Shown here piece by piece: positions 50,851 through 58,909 of a stretch of 64,000 bases of DNA (positions are counted from its first letter, which is position 1; each line of letters starts with the position of its first letter). The notes under the pieces were generated by a model. The model saw nothing but the letters and a program-made list of their open reading frames with translations. It had not been told where the DNA came from and made no database searches. The DNA lies in the IMG/VR virus record IMGVR_UViG_3300028584_001240; one strand, written 5' to 3'. A program made the position numbers and the translations under genes. This DNA is from a virus. Lineage: Duplodnaviria; Heunggongvirae; Uroviricota; Caudoviricetes.

Positions 50851-50911
50851 TAATTGACCAGTAGTTGTTAATTATAACTACATTATACAACATAACCAAA
50901 AAAAGTAAATT

Positions 50912-51619
50912 TTAAAAATCAACAATTTCACTTAAACGAAACAACTCATTAAGATCACTATCGAAATCAATACTTGCATCTTCCAAGCAAGAAAATATAT
51001 CAGACTCTTTAAAAATATGCTTGCAGACCGTATCAAAATCACCACTGTATATTTTCACTTTATTTTTTGTTTTCTTACTATCACTGTATTTGCAACGCAA
51101 GACTATTGTTGAATCAAGAAAATGAAACTCCATATTTAAATTAAATTCACCTTTAATATCATAGATGACAACATGATCGCCACCATGAACTTCATTTTCT
51201 ACATTTTCAGCTACTAAATTATAGCTGTAATTGAAGGTAGCATTTTTTTGATGTGTAAAGTGTTCATAAGCGTCAAGAAAAAACTGTTCTGCATGGCAAC
51301 TATTAAGTGTGTTCAACTTCTTAAATACTTTGAAAACGTCTTCAAAACTAGAATAATGTTCGTTAGCAATAAAACCAATTGAACTATAAGCAGTAGCTGA
51401 AAAAGAAAAACTACCGTCTTGTTCTAATGTGTAAAAATAAGGAAACCCTTCATCAATAACACAATGGCGAATACCATTAGAATAATGAACAAGAATATTT
51501 TGAGCAGCCGGACTAAATACAGCATGCATACCATCAGTCTTAGGTGTCTCAAAAGTGTTTTCAAGTTCGGAACCATTTTTAAAACTTCTAAGAATCTTGT
51601 GATTTTTTCTTCTGTCCAT
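50912..51619 (-). CDS. Hypothetical protein; C-terminal-motif family (variant)
   Basis: GAGGA SD; ends LSEIVDF. Confidence 0.8.
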   Translation of the reverse strand: MDRRKNHKILRSFKNGSELENTFETPKTDGMHAVFSPAAQNILVHYSNGIRHCVIDEGFPYFYTLEQDGSFSFSATAYSSIGFIANEHYSSFEDVFKVFKKLNTLNSCHAEQFFLDAYEHFTHQKNATFNYSYNLVAENVENEVHGGDHVVIYDIKGEFNLNMEFHFLDSTIVLRCKYSDSKKTKNKVKIYSGDFDTVCKHIFKESDIFSCLEDASIDFDSDLNELFRLSEIVDF

Positions 51620-51772
51620 TAGTCATCCTCAATAATGTAGCGACAATCATACATTTTTTATCACAAAAAGTCAATAAATAAGGCTAAACAAACAAAGAAA
51701 AAGACTTGATCTAATGGGTTATTTTGTGCTATCATTAAATTATTAAAGATATTCAATTAAAGGTATTGAACA

Positions 51773-52900
51773 ATGGGAAAGCAAAATAAAAAGAAAATTG
51801 AAGAGTTTGAATCGAGCGAAATGCGATTCAAGCAATCTATTGCCAATCATTCAAACAAAGTAAAATTTGAAAACTCAACCAAACAAGAAGTGCCAGCCAT
51901 TAATGAAATTGAAACTGAGTTGCTTGCTTTCGCTGTTAATGATCCTGATGCTTTCAAATACACCCTGAAATCAAGCAATCGTGACAAAAAAGTCAAACTT
52001 TTGGCAAAATTTCTTTTTTCAAAATACAAAACCCCAAAAATTCTTGAACAAGTATGGGATGGCCCAGCCATTCCAGATCGTGCCCACACCAAAAAGAAAT
52101 CATCAGCAATTCGTTATCGTAAATGGTTCGTGTGTGCCGCCACAGGTGGCTCTCTTTACAAGGAACATTTGAAACCATTCTTGACAAAAAAAGAAGGGGC
52201 TAATTTTGTTAGTTGTCCATTTGATTTGACCATCGATCAAGCCATTGTTTACTCTATTGCATTGGCAGAAAGTGATCGTGCCGGTGCTGCATTGCGTATC
52301 GCTAAATCAAAATTAAATGAAAAAAACTATGAAACTGAGTTCTGGAAGAATGTTATCAAGTTCTTTGCCCAAGAGGGTAAAACACCAGAAACCGTAGAAC
52401 AAATTAACGACTTGGTTGACTTTATCAATGCTCAAAAGCTTGAAAATAACAACTTTAATATTTTTGGTAATGGTTGGACACTTGCCTCGCTTATCAAAAG
52501 AACACATGATTGGCACTATGAACTTCGTCGTGCTAAAAAAATGGGTACCTTTACTTGGGATGGTCATGATTTCAAAAATTTCAGCTTTACTAAGCGTAAA
52601 GATGAATACAATGCTGAGGAATGGACACTGACTCAAATTAAATCATCCAAAGAATTGCTGGAGGAAGGTAAGCAACAACACCATTGTGTATTTGGTTACA
52701 AAAACTCTTGCATTGATGGCTCAACATCCATTTGGTCTTTGAAAATGAACGGAAAACGAAAAGTGACCATTGAAGTGCGTTCTAACTATAACATTGTACA
52801 AGCTCGTGGTTTTGCCAACAGAAAAACAACAGGTGAAGAAGACAACTTTATTAGACTTTGGGCTAATGAAAACAATCTTAGCCTCAACTATCGTTATTAA
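51773..52900 (+). CDS. PcfJ domain-containing protein
   Basis: RTHDWH, ELLEEGKQQHHCVFGY...C..G..SIWSL, TIEV, IVQARGFANR. Confidence 0.85.
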   Translation: MGKQNKKKIEEFESSEMRFKQSIANHSNKVKFENSTKQEVPAINEIETELLAFAVNDPDAFKYTLKSSNRDKKVKLLAKFLFSKYKTPKILEQVWDGPAIPDRAHTKKKSSAIRYRKWFVCAATGGSLYKEHLKPFLTKKEGANFVSCPFDLTIDQAIVYSIALAESDRAGAALRIAKSKLNEKNYETEFWKNVIKFFAQEGKTPETVEQINDLVDFINAQKLENNNFNIFGNGWTLASLIKRTHDWHYELRRAKKMGTFTWDGHDFKNFSFTKRKDEYNAEEWTLTQIKSSKELLEEGKQQHHCVFGYKNSCIDGSTSIWSLKMNGKRKVTIEVRSNYNIVQARGFANRKTTGEEDNFIRLWANENNLSLNYRY

Positions 52901-52909
52901 GGAGATGTT

Positions 52910-53083
52910 ATGAATAAAATGATGAACAAATTTTTACAACCGAAAGTCAGATTTAGAAACATCAAACTCTGGGAGAATTTGTATGGTGATGATTCACATC
53001 CACCATGTGTAGGGAATCACTTTGTTCCTGAAAAGTATTCAAGGTTTCATCTAAACCACGGAAAGTGGCGAAAATTTTATTAA
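52910..53083 (+). CDS. Small hypothetical protein (57 aa), not in the ORF track
   Basis: AAGGAG SD; MNKMMNKFLQPKVRFRNIKLW...HGKWRKFY*. Confidence 0.65.
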   Translation: MNKMMNKFLQPKVRFRNIKLWENLYGDDSHPPCVGNHFVPEKYSRFHLNHGKWRKFY

Positions 53084-53172
53084 AAAATCTTTAAAATAAT
53101 TGTATTTTCCTTTTGTTCCTTATTGATATTGTTAAAAAACATGCTATTAATAAGAAAAAAGGAGACTATATT

Positions 53173-53364
53173 ATGCCTACAGTTCATAGAGTTCATTATT
53201 TTGAAAGCGAAAGAGGTTGGGGTTCAGATCAATGGCAGACTGATTACACAACAGAAGAAGAAGCCCAAAAAATGGTTAAAGAAACAAATGAAAAATTCTG
53301 TTCGAGTGTAATTACACCTGATTACTATATCAAAGCTGAATATCTCGGGCCAATCAATCTTTAA
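53173..53364 (+). CDS. Small phage-type hypothetical protein (ESERGWG motif)
   Basis: AAGGAG SD before MPTVH; ESERGWG...TPDYY.KA. Confidence 0.75.
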   Translation: MPTVHRVHYFESERGWGSDQWQTDYTTEEEAQKMVKETNEKFCSSVITPDYYIKAEYLGPINL

Positions 53365-53382
53365 ATCAATTAGAAATAGAAA

Positions 53383-53400
53383 AAGACTCCTAGGAGTCTT
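53383..53400. terminator. Perfect 18-bp palindrome, probable bidirectional terminator overlapping the AlaRS stop
   Basis: AAGACTCCTAGGAGTCTT flanked by A- and T-rich tracts. Confidence 0.7.
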
Positions 53401-54265
53401 CTTTTTTTCCAAACACAATAACATATTCATCCATTCGGCCCACATTAAAGCCATAGGTATCCATCCAAAATATATTATCTTTATCTTTAAAGCGTTTATG
53501 GTTTCTTTTCCTCATATAAGTAGAATAAGCTTTTTCTTGATTGAAACGAATTCGATCAAAAAATTCATTGCTTATTTGACTACCATGAAAAATAGATTCA
53601 GTGATTAGTTTCTTCAAAATGTATTCTTTCTTATTGTGACCAAGTAATACACCATCGTCTATCAATAATAAAGCAGTTTCTTCAAGGATTTGAAGCTTAC
53701 TTTTCGATGTTAAGCTTCCAGTCACTTCAAGCAGTCTTTCAAGTCCAAAACCCACATCTATGCAAGTATCCATTGTATTAACAATATTCCCTATCTCAAC
53801 ATAGTTCTTGTAAAACTCTGTGCAATATCCACCAATACTACCATCTGACCAGACACATTCAGGATCTAAACGTATTTCAACGCCATATTCAGAATAAAGG
53901 TCTTTCCAGTCTTCATATTTATCAGGGTGAATAGTTACATAGTCTGGAATAATACCCAGCTTATTAACAAAGGAATACATGAAATCAATAGCTTTTTTAA
54001 GTGTCCATTGTCTAAATGAAAATAAACCTATCATTTCAAATTTTAAAAAGTGTGTGCCATCACCTATTTCGTCTAGGTCATTAATTCTTAGGCATTGCTG
54101 GATGTTAGTAAATGTGTTGGTGTATTCTAGGTTAGAATATAAGGGTTTAAATTGTTGCATACCAGATGTGGTAAACAGAGTTGTATCGTCAGGACTTTTG
54201 ACAGATGAATTTATATGAAAGTCCAATTCATATAATCTGGAATGGTCTTTGTATGTTTCGATAAT
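53390..54265 (-). CDS. Alanyl-tRNA synthetase N-terminal catalytic core (no editing or C-Ala domains); start uncertain, may need a -1 frameshift or ATT reinitiation from the leader
   Basis: DDTTLFTTSGMQQFK, QQCLR.NDLDEIGD.TH...FEMIG.FSF, W.DG..GGYCTE, VEIGNIV, IDVGFGLERL. The frame stays open and AlaRS-like upstream of the TTG at 54226, which has no SD. Confidence 0.85.
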   Translation of the reverse strand: MIETYKDHSRLYELDFHINSSVKSPDDTTLFTTSGMQQFKPLYSNLEYTNTFTNIQQCLRINDLDEIGDGTHFLKFEMIGLFSFRQWTLKKAIDFMYSFVNKLGIIPDYVTIHPDKYEDWKDLYSEYGVEIRLDPECVWSDGSIGGYCTEFYKNYVEIGNIVNTMDTCIDVGFGLERLLEVTGSLTSKSKLQILEETALLLIDDGVLLGHNKKEYILKKLITESIFHGSQISNEFFDRIRFNQEKAYSTYMRKRNHKRFKDKDNIFWMDTYGFNVGRMDEYVIVFGKKEDS

Positions 54266-54288
54266 TAGATTGCGTTTAGCTGTGACAT
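54265..54288 (-). CDS. Ala-containing leader MSQLNAI overlapping the AlaRS frame
   Basis: AGGAGG-N5-ATG TCA CAG CTA AAC GCA ATC TAA. Confidence 0.7.
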   Translation of the reverse strand: MSQLNAI

Positions 54289-54321
54289 AGCTTCCTCCTA
54301 TTTATAAAAGTTGTCTATAAC

Positions 54322-54351
54322 ATAATAACATTAAAAACCTTATTATGTCAA
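54322..54351 (-). promoter_or_regulatory. Promoter of the Ala leader/AlaRS unit
   Basis: TTGACA-N18-TATTAT with TGn extension; near-copy of the argS promoter. Confidence 0.7.
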
Positions 54352-54416
54352 TAAACAAAACAAAATTGAAGAAAAAATAAAGACTCTAGTTAAATAGAGT
54401 CATCATCACAATTAAA

Positions 54417-55616
54417 TTATTTATCAAAATTAAGAATGCTTAATAATTGCATAGTCATATTACTAATCTTACCATCAGGGCTTTGTTTAATTACTCGTTT
54501 TTTAAAATAATCAATAAAATGAATATAAGCTTTATCTAATGTTTCAAAGTTGTGTTCGTAAACAACGTCTCTACCGTCCTTAACCTGAACATAGATATCC
54601 AGTTTAAAATCAATTTTAAAGCTTTGTTTGTTATCGAAGTAAATTTCGGAATCAGAACTCACACTGAACAAATCAAAATGTGTAAGAAACTTTTTTTCAT
54701 CACCCAACGTAGGTAAAAATAAAGAAAAATGATTAACAATAAGGCCATTAATGGTGTATTGGTATAAAATCATAGCATTGATTAATTGTAATAAATTCTT
54801 CGACCAATCATTAACCAATAGAAGGTCGAACAACTTTTCAGAGTGTTTTAAATTTTTTACTGGAAAAGTGACCCTCTCATTCCCATAAAACTTGCCATTA
54901 TTATTGAGTTTTCGTGACATATCAACGGTAGGCTTACTGAGTAGTGTCCTCAATGGCTTGTCTCTATTCATAACCGATGATAACATAATTCCATCATAAT
55001 GCTCATTCATATATTGAGCGATGTTTTTTTGACTATAATCTTTATTTAAGAACTCTCGATAATGTGGGGCTTTAAGATTATACAAAGTATTAATAATTGT
55101 TTGAATTAAATCAATATTCTCCTTTGTGTATTCAATATTATGAGTTTGTTTAAAATAGTGTGTAATTTTGTCATTTAAAAGAACAATCAATTTTTCAATT
55201 TTCATGGTTCTATCGAAAGAGAAATCCAAACCAGAAATAGAGAACTTAACATTATTTGTATCATCTACGACAATATGCAAAACATTGAGAATAAATACAC
55301 TTACTTTATTATCTTTAAAAGCGAAGGAAACAGTAAACTTTTCACCACGACTACCTGCAGTAGTTGATTCATTAAAAATAGATAACAGATGCTCAATATA
55401 ATCAGTTAATGTGGCAGATTGAGATTTTTTGATACCTAAAAAAAGAAAACTGACAATTTTATTAAGAGTTGCATTAAATGAAATAAGATATCCACATTCA
55501 TTTTTGATAGTTGAAAAATAGTCATTAACAATAGGGATTTCTACACTATCAAATTTCTTTTCTAATAGCAATTGTTTAAAATTTTTCTTTGATTTCTGTA
55601 AGTATTCAAATAACAT
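54417..55616 (-). CDS. Hypothetical protein; C-terminal-motif family (variant)
   Basis: AAGGAG SD; ends LLSILNF-DK. Confidence 0.8.
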   Translation of the reverse strand: MLFEYLQKSKKNFKQLLLEKKFDSVEIPIVNDYFSTIKNECGYLISFNATLNKIVSFLFLGIKKSQSATLTDYIEHLLSIFNESTTAGSRGEKFTVSFAFKDNKVSVFILNVLHIVVDDTNNVKFSISGLDFSFDRTMKIEKLIVLLNDKITHYFKQTHNIEYTKENIDLIQTIINTLYNLKAPHYREFLNKDYSQKNIAQYMNEHYDGIMLSSVMNRDKPLRTLLSKPTVDMSRKLNNNGKFYGNERVTFPVKNLKHSEKLFDLLLVNDWSKNLLQLINAMILYQYTINGLIVNHFSLFLPTLGDEKKFLTHFDLFSVSSDSEIYFDNKQSFKIDFKLDIYVQVKDGRDVVYEHNFETLDKAYIHFIDYFKKRVIKQSPDGKISNMTMQLLSILNFDK

Positions 55617-55626
55617 GACAACTCCT

Positions 55627-56325
55627 TTAAATATTAATCATTGCTGATAGTGCGTGTGAATCTTTTTCGTTCTTGATAAAATCTTCATAAGTCACTTCAT
55701 GGTTTCTAAAATAAAGGGCATGAACTACTTTCTTAGGTTCTTTAATAAGATCATGACACAAAGATTCAAAGTCATAAGGTAGATCCGCAACATCACGAGT
55801 TTTGCCATCTACTTTAATTCGAGTTCTAACATTCGTGATAATTCGCTCATTTTTCTCATCAACTTCAAAACCAGAGTTAAAGAATATATGATTAACAAAT
55901 TCGATTTTGTAATCATCATTCAAGTAATACAGTTTTTTAATCAACAATTTTTTATTGATTAGTGTGCTATCCATCCAAAAATTATAATAGCTATGGTCAC
56001 TAGGCTTCCCATCTGAACGAAGTGGGAAATATTCAAACTCAACAACTCGTTGATTATCAACTTCAATTTCAATATCAAATGTTGAAACTGTCACACAACC
56101 ATTGTAGGCAGGTGTGCAGGTTTTAAATATTTTAATAAGATAAGATTTCCCACCTTCAAAAATAGGCTTTAACTGAGTCATAAAATTAATAATCTTCGCA
56201 TTAACTTCCTGATAATCCATGTCATCATTAATATCAGCAATCATCTCATCCCATTTTTTACTTGGAAACTTACCAAAGAAACGTTTTGGTAATTCATATT
56301 TCTTTTTTACTTGATAATCAATCAT
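55627..56325 (-). CDS. Hypothetical protein; C-terminal-motif family
   Basis: Start MIDYQ; ends LSAMINI. Confidence 0.8.
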   Translation of the reverse strand: MIDYQVKKKYELPKRFFGKFPSKKWDEMIADINDDMDYQEVNAKIINFMTQLKPIFEGGKSYLIKIFKTCTPAYNGCVTVSTFDIEIEVDNQRVVEFEYFPLRSDGKPSDHSYYNFWMDSTLINKKLLIKKLYYLNDDYKIEFVNHIFFNSGFEVDEKNERIITNVRTRIKVDGKTRDVADLPYDFESLCHDLIKEPKKVVHALYFRNHEVTYEDFIKNEKDSHALSAMINI

Positions 56326-56408
56326 AAGTATAAATATCCCATGTTTATAAATTGACGACAGTATACCATAAAAGACTGTAAATAACAAATAAATTATGTT
56401 AAGTTAAC

Positions 56409-56437
56409 TTGACGAAAAGGCGATACATTACTATAAT
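56409..56437 (+). promoter_or_regulatory. sigma70-type promoter
   Basis: TTGACG-N17-TATAAT. Confidence 0.75.
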
Positions 56438-56461
56438 GACATAAAATTAAAAGGTGAAGAT

Positions 56462-56689
56462 ATGAATGAAATGGACGAAGAATGTACAATCTGCGGCAGT
56501 TTAAATACATTGGCTGAAATTATTCATATAAAACAGTTGAAAACTGACAAAAGAGTCAGGTATTTATTCAGAATGGTTCATTGTTCATCATGTGGAACAG
56601 ATTCTGCAGGCGGCCTTCATCTCCACTTAAATAAGCTTGAAATGCTAATGGCCCTAGAAAAACAAAAAGCCCTGTCAAAACAGAGCTAA
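56462..56689 (+). CDS. YgiT/MqsA-type zinc-finger small protein
   Basis: CTICG...CSSCG; no HTH domain follows. Confidence 0.65.
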   Translation: MNEMDEECTICGSLNTLAEIIHIKQLKTDKRVRYLFRMVHCSSCGTDSAGGLHLHLNKLEMLMALEKQKALSKQS

Positions 56690-56697
56690 TTGATAGG

Positions 56698-57318
56698 TTA
56701 AAGATCTTTGTTGTCTAACCAAGCAAAAAAAGATTTAATTGAGAACGGTGATTCTGAATAACTGTTATTCACTAAAAATGTATGACAACCCATAAACTTA
56801 CATTTACTAATATTTTGACTGTTATCATCTACAACTAATATTTCCATTGGGTTAATGGTTTCAAAATTATCTTCATACCAAGTAATAACATGTTCAAAGG
56901 CTTCTTGATCAGGCTTAGCCTTCCCTATTTCAAATGAATAGAAACAGTGGTCAACGTGTTTTGCCAAATACTTCTCAATCGGCTTAGCATACTCTTCTGA
57001 AAGATTGGAAAGCAATACAACGGTGTAATCCTTTCTCAACTCATCCAGTTTGCTTCCGATATCTTTTAAATAAGGTGTGATATTTTTTAATTCTAATTGA
57101 AGTTCCAACTGCATACTATCAAGATTTTCTGCAATAAATTCATCATTCACATCGACAGGTATTAAACTACGCCAGTCAACATTTTTTTCAGTCATTATTT
57201 TTCGACGTAATTCTCTTGGATTAAGACCAACAGAACTTAAAAATTTACCATGTGGATTACGAACAGTTGACGTTAACAATGTTCCGTAGCAGTCAAATAT
57301 AATCAGTTTCTTTTTCAT
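56698..57318 (-). CDS. HAD-superfamily hydrolase
   Basis: LIIFDCYGTL, LLSN, KAKPD, VVDDNSQN. Confidence 0.88.
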   Translation of the reverse strand: MKKKLIIFDCYGTLLTSTVRNPHGKFLSSVGLNPRELRRKIMTEKNVDWRSLIPVDVNDEFIAENLDSMQLELQLELKNITPYLKDIGSKLDELRKDYTVVLLSNLSEEYAKPIEKYLAKHVDHCFYSFEIGKAKPDQEAFEHVITWYEDNFETINPMEILVVDDNSQNISKCKFMGCHTFLVNNSYSESPFSIKSFFAWLDNKDL

Positions 57319-57459
57319 AACAAATACTCCTTTTCATTTTCAATTATACACTAATAAAGTCCTAAGACAAGTTATTTTGATTGATCCTATTTGGTTTTTA
57401 CAATATTTGTCAATTTATCAAAAATAAAGTATAATGTATTAAAATAATCGGAAGAACTC

Positions 57460-58233
57460 ATGAAAGAATACTCAACACATACATCAAACATTGAATACAA
57501 TAGAAACAATATGCAAGGATTTTTCAAGATGTATCAGGGAGCTTGTATAGAAAGAAATGAATATCAAGCTGAAACTGATAAATTAACCAGTATTGATAGC
57601 TTATCTTACGAGGAACCTTTTAATAATGTTAAAGACAACATTGTCACTTGGTTAGCTGATATGGCAAAAGCTGGGTTAATCAATCCGAAAGACTCGGCCA
57701 GTGTGGATAAACTGTTGACTGATGCTTATGCGAAATTAAACTCTACAGCCATTAACGAAAAATTGAAAAAGCTTGATCATATTGCTACACAAAAATTAAA
57801 CAATCTTCAACGTTCATTTGATGAGGCAAAAGAAAACACAGGATATTTAACACAAGTATTGAATATTCAGATATTGGGGTTAACGATGGATAAAGTTGAA
57901 ACCATCAATAAAATATTAGAAAAAGAAGGTGTTCACATTACAAAAGATTACTATGACAACGGAAGTAAAGAACGTGGAAATTTTGATATTAAAGTGTATG
58001 CAGATAACAAAGAAAAACTCAGCGATATTCAAGATGAGATAACCATTGCTTCCATTAAACAAAATTTTAAAGGAAACGTTAAAAGATCAACAATTTTGGA
58101 CAGTGAAGAAGCCTTTAAACTCATGACAAACATGAAAAACCCTGTTATGATTGGTAGTCATATCAACAAAATCATTAGACCTGATGAAATGATTTACTAT
58201 AAACCAAAAAATAAAGGTAAATATGAATTTTGA
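57460..58233 (+). CDS. Hypothetical protein with basic C-terminal tail
   Basis: 257 aa; ends YKPKNKGKYEF. Confidence 0.8.
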   Translation: MKEYSTHTSNIEYNRNNMQGFFKMYQGACIERNEYQAETDKLTSIDSLSYEEPFNNVKDNIVTWLADMAKAGLINPKDSASVDKLLTDAYAKLNSTAINEKLKKLDHIATQKLNNLQRSFDEAKENTGYLTQVLNIQILGLTMDKVETINKILEKEGVHITKDYYDNGSKERGNFDIKVYADNKEKLSDIQDEITIASIKQNFKGNVKRSTILDSEEAFKLMTNMKNPVMIGSHINKIIRPDEMIYYKPKNKGKYEF

Positions 58234-58317
58234 CAATAAAAAAGAACAATAATGGTCTTTTTTCTTTATATTTAATTAAAAATAGAGTATAATGAAGCAT
58301 TATTAGGAGTTCATCAC

Positions 58318-58857
58318 ATGTTAAGATATTTTCCTTTGAAAAAAAATAATATCACCATTAATGATAGCAATACAGCGTTTCTTTTTTCATATAAAGACAC
58401 GACTGAAATTCCTATTGCCCCTCATCCGGGTTCATTTGGCTATGTGCGTAAGAACCATATTCATGAAGGTGTAGACCTGTATGCCGAAGAAGGCGACGAT
58501 GTGGTTGCTATTGAAAATGGTGTCGTTCGTAAAATCATCCCATTCACAGGTGAAATTGCTAACACGCCTTGGTGGAATAACACCTATTCTATTTTCGTTG
58601 AACATGATGGTTACATTATTAACTATGGTGAACTTATCCCTGTTACTCATTTAAAAGAAGGTGATGTCGTTAAAGCGGGTGAAGTGATTGGTCACATTAG
58701 AACAGTTCTATTAAAAGACAAAGGCAGACCGATGGCGATGCTACATATTGAGATGTATCAACCAGAAGCGATTGTTCCGGTGACTGAATGGTCATTAAAT
58801 ACAGGGAAACCTGAATATTTACTAGACCCTACTGAACTATTAAAATCTTTGCTATAA
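58318..58857 (+). CDS. M23 family metallopeptidase
   Basis: FG..R...HEGVDL (HxxxD), V.AIE.G.V, YGEL, G..V.AGE.IG, LHIE, DPT. Confidence 0.85.
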   Translation: MLRYFPLKKNNITINDSNTAFLFSYKDTTEIPIAPHPGSFGYVRKNHIHEGVDLYAEEGDDVVAIENGVVRKIIPFTGEIANTPWWNNTYSIFVEHDGYIINYGELIPVTHLKEGDVVKAGEVIGHIRTVLLKDKGRPMAMLHIEMYQPEAIVPVTEWSLNTGKPEYLLDPTELLKSLL

Positions 58858-58875
58858 GGACGACTTAAATACAAC

Positions 58876-58900
58876 AAAGCCACTTGAAAGTGGCTTTTTT
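58876..58900. terminator. Intrinsic terminator between convergent genes
   Basis: AAAGCCACTT-GA-AAGTGGCTTTTTT. Confidence 0.8.
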
Positions 58901-58909
58901 AATGCTGCA

